Below are positions 35,101 through 47,100 of a DNA stretch of 64,000 nt, one piece after another (positions within the stretch are counted from its first letter, which is position 1; every line of letters begins with the position of its first letter). The DNA lies in the NCBI GenBank assembly GCA_038087875.1, contig CM075990.1, forward strand, positions 16,928,001-16,992,000, read 5' to 3'. The stretch is from Malacoraja senta (Eukaryota). A program made the position numbers and the translations under genes. A model generated the notes under the pieces. That model did not search any database. It was not told the DNA's origin and worked only from the letters and a program-made list of their open reading frames with translations.

Positions 35101-38100
35101 CAGGGCCAGGTTGCCATCGTCCAGGCCCAGCTCGGCCAGGTCTGGCTCCAACGAGCTGTCCTCACTGCTGGTCCGCCTCTTCCCCGAGTGTTTGCCGGTG
35201 GCGAACTTGGCCTGGGGCAGTTTGCACTTGTTGGTACTCAGCTTGTAGACGGGTTTGTCAGCGTCCACCGCCGGCCTGCCCGGCCCCGCGCCGCCACGCG
35301 AGGGATCTGAGCCGCCCTTCCTCTTGGCCCCGCTGTCCTTCGGCCTGACGGCCATCTCGTGCGGGCTCCTGCTCTTGTCCGCCTGGCCCCCCTTGCCTCC
35401 CGCCACCTCCTGACCCTTGGGCAGCCGGGCTTCACCGCCCACCTCCTGCGCCTCACCGCCCCGCTTGCCGCCCTTGTGCTGCATGGCCTTGGCCCAGCAG
35501 AATGACGTCTTCTTCTCCGCCCCGTTGTAGGTGATGCCCGGGATGGGGAACGCATCCTCCCAGCTGAAGTAGCACGCCTCGACCGCCGGCTTGAAGCCCT
35601 GGAAGAGCTTGTCCAGTGATTTACGGTGCTGGCCCCTCTTCACAATCTCTATCACCTTCAGGTGCCACTGCCTCAGGTGAGCACACAGCTCTTTCCTCCT
35701 GTAAAGACAGCAGTCAGTCAGCGACACTTAGTTTAGAGATACAGTACGGAAACAGGCCCTTCAGTCCACGCCGACCAGCGATCCCCGCGCACTAACACTA
35801 CCCTACACCCACTAGGAACAATTTACAATTATACCAAGCCAATTAACCGACAAACCTGCACGTCTTTGGAGTGTGGGAGGGAAACCAGGGCTCCCGGAGA
35901 AACCCCACATGGTCACGGGGAGAAGGTGCAAACTCCACACAGACAGCACCTGTAGTCCATGATGGAACCCGGGTCTCTGGCGCTGGGAGGCAGCAGCTCT
36001 ACCCCACTGCATCACCGTGCCACCCACACAAAAGCAAGCCTCATTGGATGGGACAACTCTCCCTGGAATTAGCCTGGTGGATGAACTGCATCCAATTGTA
36101 CTCAGGGACTAAAACTGTGCACGATGTGTATCCTCTCCATCACCCTGCACAACTGGGACAACATCTGCTGCATTCTTCAGCCCTGACTCCTTTGCAATCA
36201 AGGCCACCTGCCTGCTTAACTACAGAGAAGATGCTTGAAAACTATCTGTGGTTCATGCACCACTAGAACACCCAGATCCCTCTGACCTCCATTCACTTGC
36301 ATGCTTATAAGCTGCAAGAAATACTGCAAAAGTCTTCTGTAACTCCCTATCTGCCCGTGACCAAACTTGCATGGAACCATCTACCTGCGCTCCGAGGCCC
36401 CTCTGCTCCCCAGAGCCCAGCCGTTCACCGTGAAGGTCCCGGCCTGGTCTGTCTTCCATTGTGTTAAACCTCACACTTCTCTGTGTAAAATTCCATCGAC
36501 CGTTCCTCAGCCCCCTGGACAACCGATCGTGATCCTGCTGCAACTTTTGACACCAATCTTCACTATCTGCAATCCCACCTACTTCAGTGTCATCAGCAAA
36601 CTTGCTAATCCTGCCCTGTGCGTTCTCATCCTGGTCATGAGATGCGGATGCCAAACATCACTGAACCCTGAAGGGCCTGTCCCACTTGCCGATTTTTTTC
36701 GCCGACTGCCGGCGTCATATCAGTGTCGCCAAAAGATTTTGAACATTTCACAATCCAGCGGCGACAAAAAAAAAATGTTGCGGCATTTGAAAAAAACACC
36801 GCACGTCGATACGTCGTCACGCCGGGAATTATCCGGTGACCTGATGCGTCAGTCAATGATGCCGGCAGTCGCCGAAAAAAAATGGCCAAGTGGGACAGGC
36901 CCCTGAAGGCACACCACGAGTCACGGGGCCTCTGCCGATAACTGTGATAACTGAAGGGTTTTACCTTTGGGGGCTCATGGTGGGATCCAGCACGGCCAGC
37001 CTCCACAGCACGACCATCTCGTCACACATGCTGGCACAGGCGTGCGCTGCCACCTCCGTCTGCCCGTTGCTGCGGCCCGTATGCCCACTGGCACTGCTGT
37101 GGGACGCTGATGTCCGCACACTGTACCACCAGCCGATGATCTGCGGGGAGGAAAATCCCACGTTATTCCCTTTATTATCCTGTATCTGTGGACTGCTCGA
37201 TTGTAAACATGTGCAGAACAATGGAGGAGGACTGACCACAGTGAAGAATGCTGTGGTGGAAGTTTGTGTTACATTTTTATTGTGTATTGTGTTCTTTTTG
37301 ATTGTACCGCTGCTGGCAAATTCATTTCACTGCACCTTATTGTGTCTGTGATGAATAAATCTGATTGATCAAATCTGATTGATCTGATTTCCACCCAAGA
37401 CAGACACAAAATGCTGGAGTAATTCAGCGGGACAGGCAGCATATCTGGAGAGAAGGAATGGGTGACGTTTCGGGTCGAGACCCTTCTTCAGTCTTTCCAC
37501 TGACTGGGTAGCGCCCAACAAAAATGTTTTTCACTGTACCTCGGTACACGTGACAATAAATAAATAAAATAAACACAGCATCGGCCATCTTGCCGGGCAG
37601 CGGGATGGGACCCAGCGATCGTGCGGACCGGCGCCCTGGGGCCACGTTTGTTTCGCACCCACCCTCTGACCCGCTGGTGGCCACGTGGGGGAGAGACAGT
37701 TCAAATCCCCCAGGGTGTGTAGGAAGATAGACACAAAATGCTGGAGTTACTCAGCGGGACAGGCAGCATCTCTGGAGAAAGGGAATGGGTGACGTTTCGG
37801 GTCAAGACCCTTCTTCAGACTGGGAGTTGGGGGAGAGGGAAACTACAGGTATGAAAAGGTTCAGAGCTTTTCCACCCCCCTTACCTGCTGTTGCCTCACC
37901 CCCTCTGAACGTACAGCCCTCCGCACACTCTGCAACGACCCCGACACCATCATCAAACCCGCCGACAAGGGGTGGTCTGGCGAGTTGATCTCTACAGCGC
38001 TGAGGCCAGGGACCAGCTCTAAGGTGCGGTTTCTTCCCAAAACATCACCTATTCCTTTTGTCCACAGATGGACCCGCTGAGTTACTCCAGCACTTTGTGT

Positions 38101-41100
38101 CTATCTCAGGGTCCGTCTCGGAGACCGAAGATAAAGGGAGATGCTTGATGCTGGGAATGTGTTCCTCCCTCTGCAGATGCTGCCTGACCTGCCAGCTATT
38201 CCCATCCTGACTGAAGCGGCAATGGGGCCTGGTCTTGTGCAGTCAGTAGTTCGTAGGATGCAACAAATCGCAGCCAGGCTGCACACAGCCAGGATACCAC
38301 GACAATTGGTGAGAGTTTGGCCAGAAAACACAGAGTTGGAGGAACACACTGGTCAGGCAGCATCTGTGGAGGGCAATGCACAGATGACATCTCTGGTCAT
38401 TTGCTCAGGATTCCATCGTCTCCAATCTCCCGGCTCTCCGACACAAATGGCCAGTTTGCCTGGCACTGACATAAAGATCGAACATGGATACTAATCCATC
38501 CGCCACGTGGTCACGGGGTCTTAAACATACACGGGAACACGGGGAACACGGGAACACTGACACTCGGGAACACTGACACTCGGGAACACTGACACTCGGG
38601 AACACTGACACACTGACACTCGGGAACACTGACCCTCGGGAACACTGACACTCGGGAACACTCACACACTGACACTCGGGAACACTGACACTCGGGAACA
38701 CTGACACACTGACACTCGGGAACACTGACACTCGGGAACACTGACACACTGACACTCGGGAACACTGACCCTCGGGAACACTGACACTCGGGAACACTCA
38801 CACACTGACACTCGGGAACACTGACACTCGGGAACACTGACACACTGACACTCGGGAACACTGACACACGGGAACACTGACACTCGGGAACACTGACACT
38901 CGGGAACACTGACACTCGGGAACACTGACACACTGACACACGGGAACACTGACACTCGGGAACACTGACACACTGACACTCGGGAACACTGACACTCGGG
39001 AACACTGACACTCGGGAACACTGACACACTGACACTCGGGAACACTGACACACTGACACTCGGGAACACTGACACACGGGAACACTGACACTCGGGAACA
39101 CTGACACTCGGGAACACTGACACTCGGGAACACTGGGACTGTTGGCAGATCAATCATCTTCCCACAAAACAGTTTGTGTTTCTACACGCTCTTTCATCTC
39201 TGGTTCGTTACAGCCAACACATTGGTGATCCTCATTTACATATTCCAGCTTATATTAATCATGTTTTCAGTACCGCTGTTACAAGCTCCTTGACCCGAAA
39301 CATCGACTCGGTTTCTCTCCCCACTTGTGCAGCCTGACCTGCCGAGCACATCCAGCCCTCGATGCCAGTCGATCGACGAACACACGTTGGAGATGATCGC
39401 ACAGCCAGTGAGGAGCTGGTACGTTTGGTGATTAAGTGGGCAGAACATGGCAGCCATTACCTGCTCGTAGGTCAAGCACTGGTCAGTGAGGATCTCGAGG
39501 AGGGCGCGGCGTTACTGTCACGCCGTTTAAACATCTCGCGGACAATGGACAGAAGGTTCCAGATGCCCTCCGGTTCTCGGCCACGCAGAGGCCGCAGGAG
39601 GCAAGCCCACTCCGCGGCAGCTGGCGGCTCCGTTGACGACAGGTACAAGGAGTTAACATCACTGCGGCAAGAGCAAGAATGGATTAGAGAAACAAGACAG
39701 CTGGGGGCAGGGGGCAGGGGGCAGGGGGCAGGGGGCAGGGGGCAGGGATAGGGGCAGGGATAGGGGAAGGGATAGGGGGAAGGGAGCAGGGGGCAGGGGG
39801 CAGGGGGCAGGGATAGGGGGCAGGGATAGGGGCAGAGGGCAGAGTTCACAAGTTCGTAAGTTATAGGAGCAGAATCAGGCCATTCGGCCCATTGAGTCTA
39901 CTCCGCCATTCAATCATGTATGATCTATCCCTCCCTCTCAACCCCATTCTCCTGCCTTCTCCCCATAACCCTGACACCCGTACTAGTCAAGACTCAAAAG
40001 GCAAAGGGGTGACCCACCGATGATAATCTAATCCAAACGATGACATTCGAAAGCCAGCATCCCCAAGCCTTCCCACTCGTCACTTTAATTTCATGTTTCA
40101 TGTATTTTATGACAGTGGGCAGATCAATATCCTTCCTGGGATAAATAAAGTCCTATCGTATTGATTATTGTAATTTTAAACAAAGTTCCCCGTTGGCTGG
40201 GGAAGGTGTGATCTCAAGAGGGGTACGTGGTGTTGGCTGTGGAACTGGTTAAACAACGAGGGGGGGGAGGGGGTGAAGGGGGAGAGAGGGGGGGGAAGTG
40301 TTAGGGACGGGGGTTGGGGAGGGAGTGGGGGTGGCAAGGGAGAGGGGGGAGGGCAAGGGGGAGAGAAGGGGGAGGGGAGGAAAGTGTTAGGGATGGGGGG
40401 GTTGGGGAGGGAGTGGGGGGGGTTGAGGGCAAGGGGGAGAGGGGGGGAAGTGTTAGGGATGGGGGGGTTGGGGAGGGAGTGGGGGGGTTGAGGGCAAGGG
40501 GGAGAGAGGGGGGGAAGTGTTATGGATGGGGGGGTTGGGGAGGGAGTGGGGGGTTGAGGGCAAGGGGGAGAGAGGGGGGAGGGGAGGGAAGTGTTAGGGA
40601 TGGGGGGGGGTTGGGGAGGGAGTGGGGGGTTGAGGGCAAGGGGGAGAGAAGGGGGAGGGGAGGGGAAGTGTTAGGATGGGGGGTTGGGGAGGGAGTGGAG
40701 GGTGGAGGGCAAGGGGGAGAGAGGGGGGGAGGGAGGGAAGTGTTAGGGATGGGGGGGGTTGGGGAGGGAGTGGGGGGGGGTTGAGGGCAAGGGGGAGAGA
40801 GGGGGGAAGTGTTAGGGATGGGGGGTTGGGAGGGATGTGGGGGGTTGAGGGCAAGGGGGAGAGGGGGGGAAGTTTATGGATGGGGGGGTTGGGGAGGGAG
40901 TGGGGGGTTGAGGGCAAGGGGGAGAGAAGGGGGAGGGGAGGGAAGTGTTAGGGATGGGGGGTTGGGGAGGGAGTGGAGGGTGGAGGGAAAGGGGGAGAGA
41001 GCGGGGGAGGGGAGGGAAGTGTTAGGGACGGGAAGGGAGCGGAGTGTTATGGAGGGGAGAGGGTGTGGAGTTACCTGAACACAACAGGAGATGGCCCGCA

Positions 41101-44100
41101 GAACTTGTGAAGCGTTTTCTTGATGTTGTCACTGAGAGTAGATTCATCAAGGTACCAGGTGCTCTGGTCTGAGGCAGATGGTCCTGCAGTTGGGTCTGCC
41201 AACACCAATGAAGCAATGCACAATCAGCTTAACGTCCCCTATGGGGCAAGGCTGGAGGCTGGCAGCAGAGCGAGACCATGTTCCCTCCCTGCTGCCTTCT
41301 TCCACAACACCAGAGATTACAGTACACAGAATCATTCATCGCCTCGTACTCGGGAACCAGAGAAAATCTCCCATCTCAACATCCACTGCCCAACAGCATC
41401 CCAGATCTAAACAAAGCACCACACGACTCGTCCACTAAACATTTGATCGATGATAACTAATCCAATCAATATTCCCATTTTTATTTGCTCATTTTTACGG
41501 TAGCCATTGCCATGAATTATCCATCCCCAATTTCACCTAGACCATATAGGTGTGCGACTGCCCTGAATTATCACATCAGACCCAATAACCTACACTACAC
41601 ACTTCTCTCCAGAGATGCTGCCTGTCCCGCTGAGTTACTCCAGCATTTTGTGTCTATCTTTGATTTAAACCAGCATCTGCGGTTCTTTCCTTCTACAAAT
41701 GAATGCTCTATGCGGTTTTAGCAGAGTATGCCGACTTAGAACAATGAACCATACAGTACAGGACAAGGTCTTAAAGATAGACCATAGGTGCAGGAGTAGG
41801 CCATTTGGCCCTCTAGCCAGCACCGCCATTCAATATGATCATGGCTGATCATACAAAATCAGTACCCCGTTCCTGCTTTCTCCCCATATCCCTTGATTCC
41901 GTTAGCCCTAAGAGTTCTATCTAACTCTCTTGAAAAGATCCAGTGAGTAGGCCTCCACTGCCGTCTGTGCCAGAGAATTCCACAGACTCACAACTCTCTG
42001 GGTGAAAAGGTTTTTCCTCATCTCAGTCCTAAATGGCCTACCCCTTATTGTTAAACTGTGACCCCTGGTTCTGGACTCCCCCAACACCGGGAACATTTTT
42101 CTGCATCTAGCGTGTCCAATTCCTTGAGAGTTGTATATGTTTATATAAGATACCCTCTCATCCTTCTAAATTCCAGTGAATACAAGCCCAGTTGCTCCAT
42201 TCTTTAATTGTGACTGTGTATAGTATTGTGACCTTGCTAAACATGCTCCTCTGCCTACACGTGACCCATATTTCTCCACTCCTTGCATATCCATGTTCCT
42301 ATCTAAAAGCCTCTTAACCATTGCTATTGTATCTGCCTCCACCACCACCCCTGGCAGCACATTCAACCCCCCTGCAAAATATAGCTTGCCACGCACATCT
42401 CCATTAACCTTTGCCCCTTTCAACTTAAAGCTATGACCTCTGGTGCTCCAAATGTCCAAGCTGGGGAAAAGGGTTCAGACTGTCTATGCCTCTCATAATT
42501 TTATATATTTCTATCAGGAATTACATTTCTATATTCCTCAACTTCTGATGTTCCAGAGAAAACTATCCAACTTTGTCCAACCAACTTGAAAAACATAATA
42601 AAATACAAATAACATCTGACCAATATTTTGGACACAAACAAACCACTACTTATAATGATAATAATAATAATAGAATAACGTTTAGTGCAAAGTAAAGCCC
42701 AACTTGCCCACACCGGCCAACATGTCCCATCTACACGAGTCCCACCTGCCTGCATTTGGCCCATATCCATCTAAACCTGTCATAGATACATAGATACATA
42801 GACAATAGGTGCAGGAGTAGGCCATTCGGCCCTTCGAGCCAGCACTGCCATTCAATGTGATCATGGCTGATCATCCCCAATCAGTACCCCGTTCCTGCCT
42901 TCTCCCCATATCCCCTGACTCCGCTATCTTTAAGAGCTCTATCTAGCTCTCTCTTGAAAGTATCCAGAGAACCTGCCTCCACCGCCCTCTGAGGCAGAGA
43001 ATTCCACGGACTCACAACTCTCTGTGAGAAAAAGTGTTTCCTCGTCTCCGTTCTAAATGGCTTACTCCTTATTCTTAATCTGTGGCCCCTGGTTATGCAA
43101 GATCCAAAGACAGCACGAGCCCAGGGAATTTGTACTGGACTGCAGTATTGAAATGTTTGGCCACCAACCATCAATCATTTCCTTTTGCATGCGTGGGTTT
43201 GAAACGTAATAGGTTCTGGCAATCCCAATCCCAATCCCAATCCCAATCCCAATCCCAATCCCAATCCCAATTCGGTTTCATTTGCTCAAAATTGCAAACC
43301 ACCACTCATGACTCAGAGGGTCGCGGGGGACTGGGCGTGAAGAGGGTGGAACGGTGGCATTCCGCTCGCAGATACCCACCCCCGCGATGCTCAGAAATCA
43401 GAAGTAACGCAAGCCCACAAAAACAGAAAGAACAAACTTTCCAAAAATACTTCACTCAATGTGAATTTTTGTTGTAGGGTCGAGAAGTCATACAGCACAA
43501 AAACAGGCCCTTCGGCCTGACTAGTCCATGCTGGGACAAGATGCCCAGTTTACACTAGTCCCATTGCCTGTGTTTGGCCCATATCCCTCTAATCCTGTCC
43601 TATCGTTGTACCTGTCCAAATGTCTATTAATTATTGTTACAGTACCTGCCTCAACTACCTCCTCTGGCTGCATGTTCCATACATGTGGAAAAAGTCGCTC
43701 CTCAGTTCTTATTCAATCTTTCCCCTCTCACCTTAAACCTACATCCTCTCATTCTTCATTCCCCTTCCATTGGGGAAAAACTGCAATCATCGCCTCTATT
43801 CCCCATCATAACTTTATACACCTCTAGAAGAATCAATAGCTTTTCTTCCCCAGCTGAAGAGCTAATGAAGGGCACGTGGGCATTGGTCTGTTTATATCTG
43901 ATTATAATTACACCATTTCCCACTCCTGGATGATCTCATTCTTTGTTGGTTACCAAGGTTTCAGTAAACCTCAACCAGTGATGCAGTGCTGAGTTAGCAA
44001 CAAGGCAGTAATGATAAACAAGTTGGTGCAAGTCGTGAATCTTGGCCTCCTGGGCGTCTACTAATCTTCAATTGTGGACCCTGCCTTAATTGGCCCAACT

Positions 44101-47100
44101 TGGAATACCATTTGCAGTTTAGTTTAGAGATACAGCACAGAAACAGGCCCTTCGGCCCATCGGGTCCTCACTGACCAGCGATCCCCGCACACTAACGCTA
44201 CCCTTACACACACTGGGGACAATTTACACTTATACCAAGCCAATTTACCTACAAACATATACGTCTTTGGGGAGAAAACCCACTGCGGTCACGGAGAAAA
44301 CATACAAACTCCGCACAGACAGAACCAGTAGTCGGGATCGAACCCGGGTCTCCGGTGCTGCAAGGCAGCAACTCTACCGCTGCCCCACCGTGCCGAGTTC
44401 TGGTCACTGATGACATGAAGTTGTAGTGGGGCAGAAGAGATTCATCAGGATGTTATCTGGGCTGGAGAACAAAGGAACTTGTTTGCTCATCCCAGACTTG
44501 GCATGGACGGCCTCAATATCAAGGTCATCTTGCACTAACACCATTATGGGCGATGAATTAGACGTTTGTGTGTCAACGGAGCAAAATACGGCGTTGTTAG
44601 TGCAGCATGCAAGCGGACAGGCAGTGCGGCACGGTGACACAGCGGTAGAGTTGCTGCCTCACAGCGCCAGGGACCCGGGTTCGATCCTGACTACGGGTAC
44701 TGTCTATATAAAGTTTGTACGTTCTCCCCGTGACCTGCGTGGGTTTTCTCCGTGTGTGCTCCGCTTTCCTTGGCTTTAGTTCGCTGGTTGGCGCAGACCT
44801 GGTGGGCCGAAGGTAGGAAGGAACTGCAGATGCTGGTTTAAACCAGAGATAGACACAAAAAGCTGGAGCAACTCAGCGGGACAGGCAGCATCTCTGGAGA
44901 GAAGGAATGGGTGACGTTTCAGTCTGAAGAAGGGTCTCGACCCGAAACATCGCCCGTTCCTTCTCTCCAGAGATGCTGCATGTCCCGTTGAGATGCTGCA
45001 GCTTTTTGTGTCTATCTTTGGTGGGCCGAAGGGCCTGTTTCCCCGCTGTCTATCTGAGCACATCAGTCTACTAGACAAAGGCCAGGAGCAGAGGCGAGTT
45101 ACCTGGAGCTCCGCAGACAGTATTGATTGCCGTCGACTGTGACGACAGCAACTCATCCAGGAGCCGCTGGGCCGTGGGGAGGATCTGCAGAGAGAAAGGG
45201 GAGTGAAAGAGAAAGATAAACGCACAGAGAATGAAACTAAATGCTCTAGGTTGCTGCACTGCAACTCAGTACAAGGTATGTGACATTTTAAAGTCAATTT
45301 GATTCACATTAACAATCTGCCACAGGCAATGATGGTCCAATTCTACACGGCCATCGTAGAGTCTGTCCTCACCTTCTCCATCATGGTCTGGTTTGGCTCA
45401 GCTACCAAGCACGACACCCGGAGTCTGCAGCGAATCGTCCGATCAGCCGAGGAGGTTATTGGCTGCAACCTTCCCCCCCATTGACGAACTGCACACTGCA
45501 AGGGCCAGGAAGCGAGCGGGCAAGATCATCTCTGACCCCTCTCACCCTGGCCACAAACTCTTTGAATCACTTCCCTCTGGAAGGCGACTCCGGACTATCA
45601 AAGCTGCCACAGCCAGACAGCTTCTTCCCTCGAGCAGTAGCTCCACTCAACAACCATAAGTCTGTAGCATCTTTTTGCTCTGGTAGTTTAATTTCATGTT
45701 TAAATTATAATGTTTTAATTGTCTGCTGTATATCGTGTTTTTACCACGTGGAAACAAAGCATTAAATCAAATTCCTTGTATGTATACATGCATGGCCAAT
45801 AAAACGTATCTGATTCTGGTTCTGATCTGAACCACTAGATTAACCCAGTGGATGGGAGGGATTGGATTTAATGCTCAATTAGTCAGTTTATACTTTGCAC
45901 TAACTCTCTTGCAACTTCTTGTTTTTTAACCAAAAATGCATTTACTCAATTATTTACAATAATAATACGTACAATACAGAATAATAGCAGCAAACCCACC
46001 ACCACAATACCAAGTAAAACTAATATTCTTCAATACCAAATATACTGAATATTAAATAACTATATTACAATCCTTGTCCAGGATGCATTCCACCCACCCC
46101 CCCCCGCAGTGCCCAGCGGTCACAGAAATCCCCCAGGGTGCCCGTGGACAGTGCATAGTCCCTCTCTAACACCAGCCGGGCGCGGACGCAACCCCGGAAA
46201 AGGGGCAGGCAGCCGACTCAGGCAGAGCCCGCTTCCGCCTGGCGCCGTTTTCTCACTCCCAAATTCGCGGACATAAGGTCAAAATACAGGACAAATTCCC
46301 GACGGCAATTCGTTGACCGACTCGGCCGTGGCTGGGTGAACGATGAGTTGGCCCGGGTGCTGGACTGCACACAAAGCCCAGCCGGCGGGGCCAGCTGAGG
46401 AATTTTGGGCCCGGGCCGCGCGACGTTGCGCGCAAAGTCCAGCACCCCATCCAACTCGTGAACCGACGATCGGCCGTGAGAAGGAGGGGTGGTGGTGGTG
46501 TCGGCGGTAAGCGAAGGTCCGAAGGTCAGACAGCTGGACGGGCTGCCGACCGACCGACGGGGCCACGGGCGAGGCGCTGCTGCTGCTGCTGCTGCTGCAC
46601 TCCATGGGCTGCAATACGTCGGGAAGGGTGAGGCAGGGCCAGACGCGGCGCTCCGACCCGACAGTCCCCTTGACCCGAGTAGCAGCAGTCAAATACGGGA
46701 CAAGGGCGGTCCCGTACGGGACAAACCAATTTAGCCCAAAATATGGGATGTCCCGGCTAATACGGGACTGTTGGCAACCCGAGGTCCCACTCAAGATTCC
46801 AGTATCTGCAGCCCTCATCGACGTTCACTCTTGTAGCTTTAAAACAAGAGAAGTTCGGCCTCCTGTCAAGCAGTGGGCTGCAAAACCCTTGCAATCTTTG
46901 GTGACGTTTTAGCACAGGAACAGGCCCTTCAGCCCACAACATCTGTGCTAAACTTGATGCCAAGATAAATTATTCTATTCTACCTGAATGTAATCCAAAT
47001 CCCTCCATATCCATGTGCCCATCTAAAAGTCTGTAAAACACCACTAACCGAGCCGCCTCCACCACCACCCCAGGCAGTGTGTTCCCAGCCTCCACCACCC

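Noticed and set aside
34858..35310. 150-aa plus-strand ORF
   Set aside because: It is the antisense shadow of the GC-rich ZSWIM8 exon.
38405..39157. Several 119-198-aa Cys/Ser/Val-rich ORFs
   Set aside because: They come from a stop-free tandem repeat and have no homology or splice support.
43220..43270. Interstitial telomeric repeat
   Set aside because: The unit reads TTGGGA on the minus strand, not TTAGGG; it is a short ordinary microsatellite.
46218..46912. CpG-rich island with overlapping ORFs as an internal promoter or nested gene
   Set aside because: It is explained by a hAT-like element (terminal TGGCAACCC, subterminal CGGGAC repeats) next to a Tx1-like fragment.
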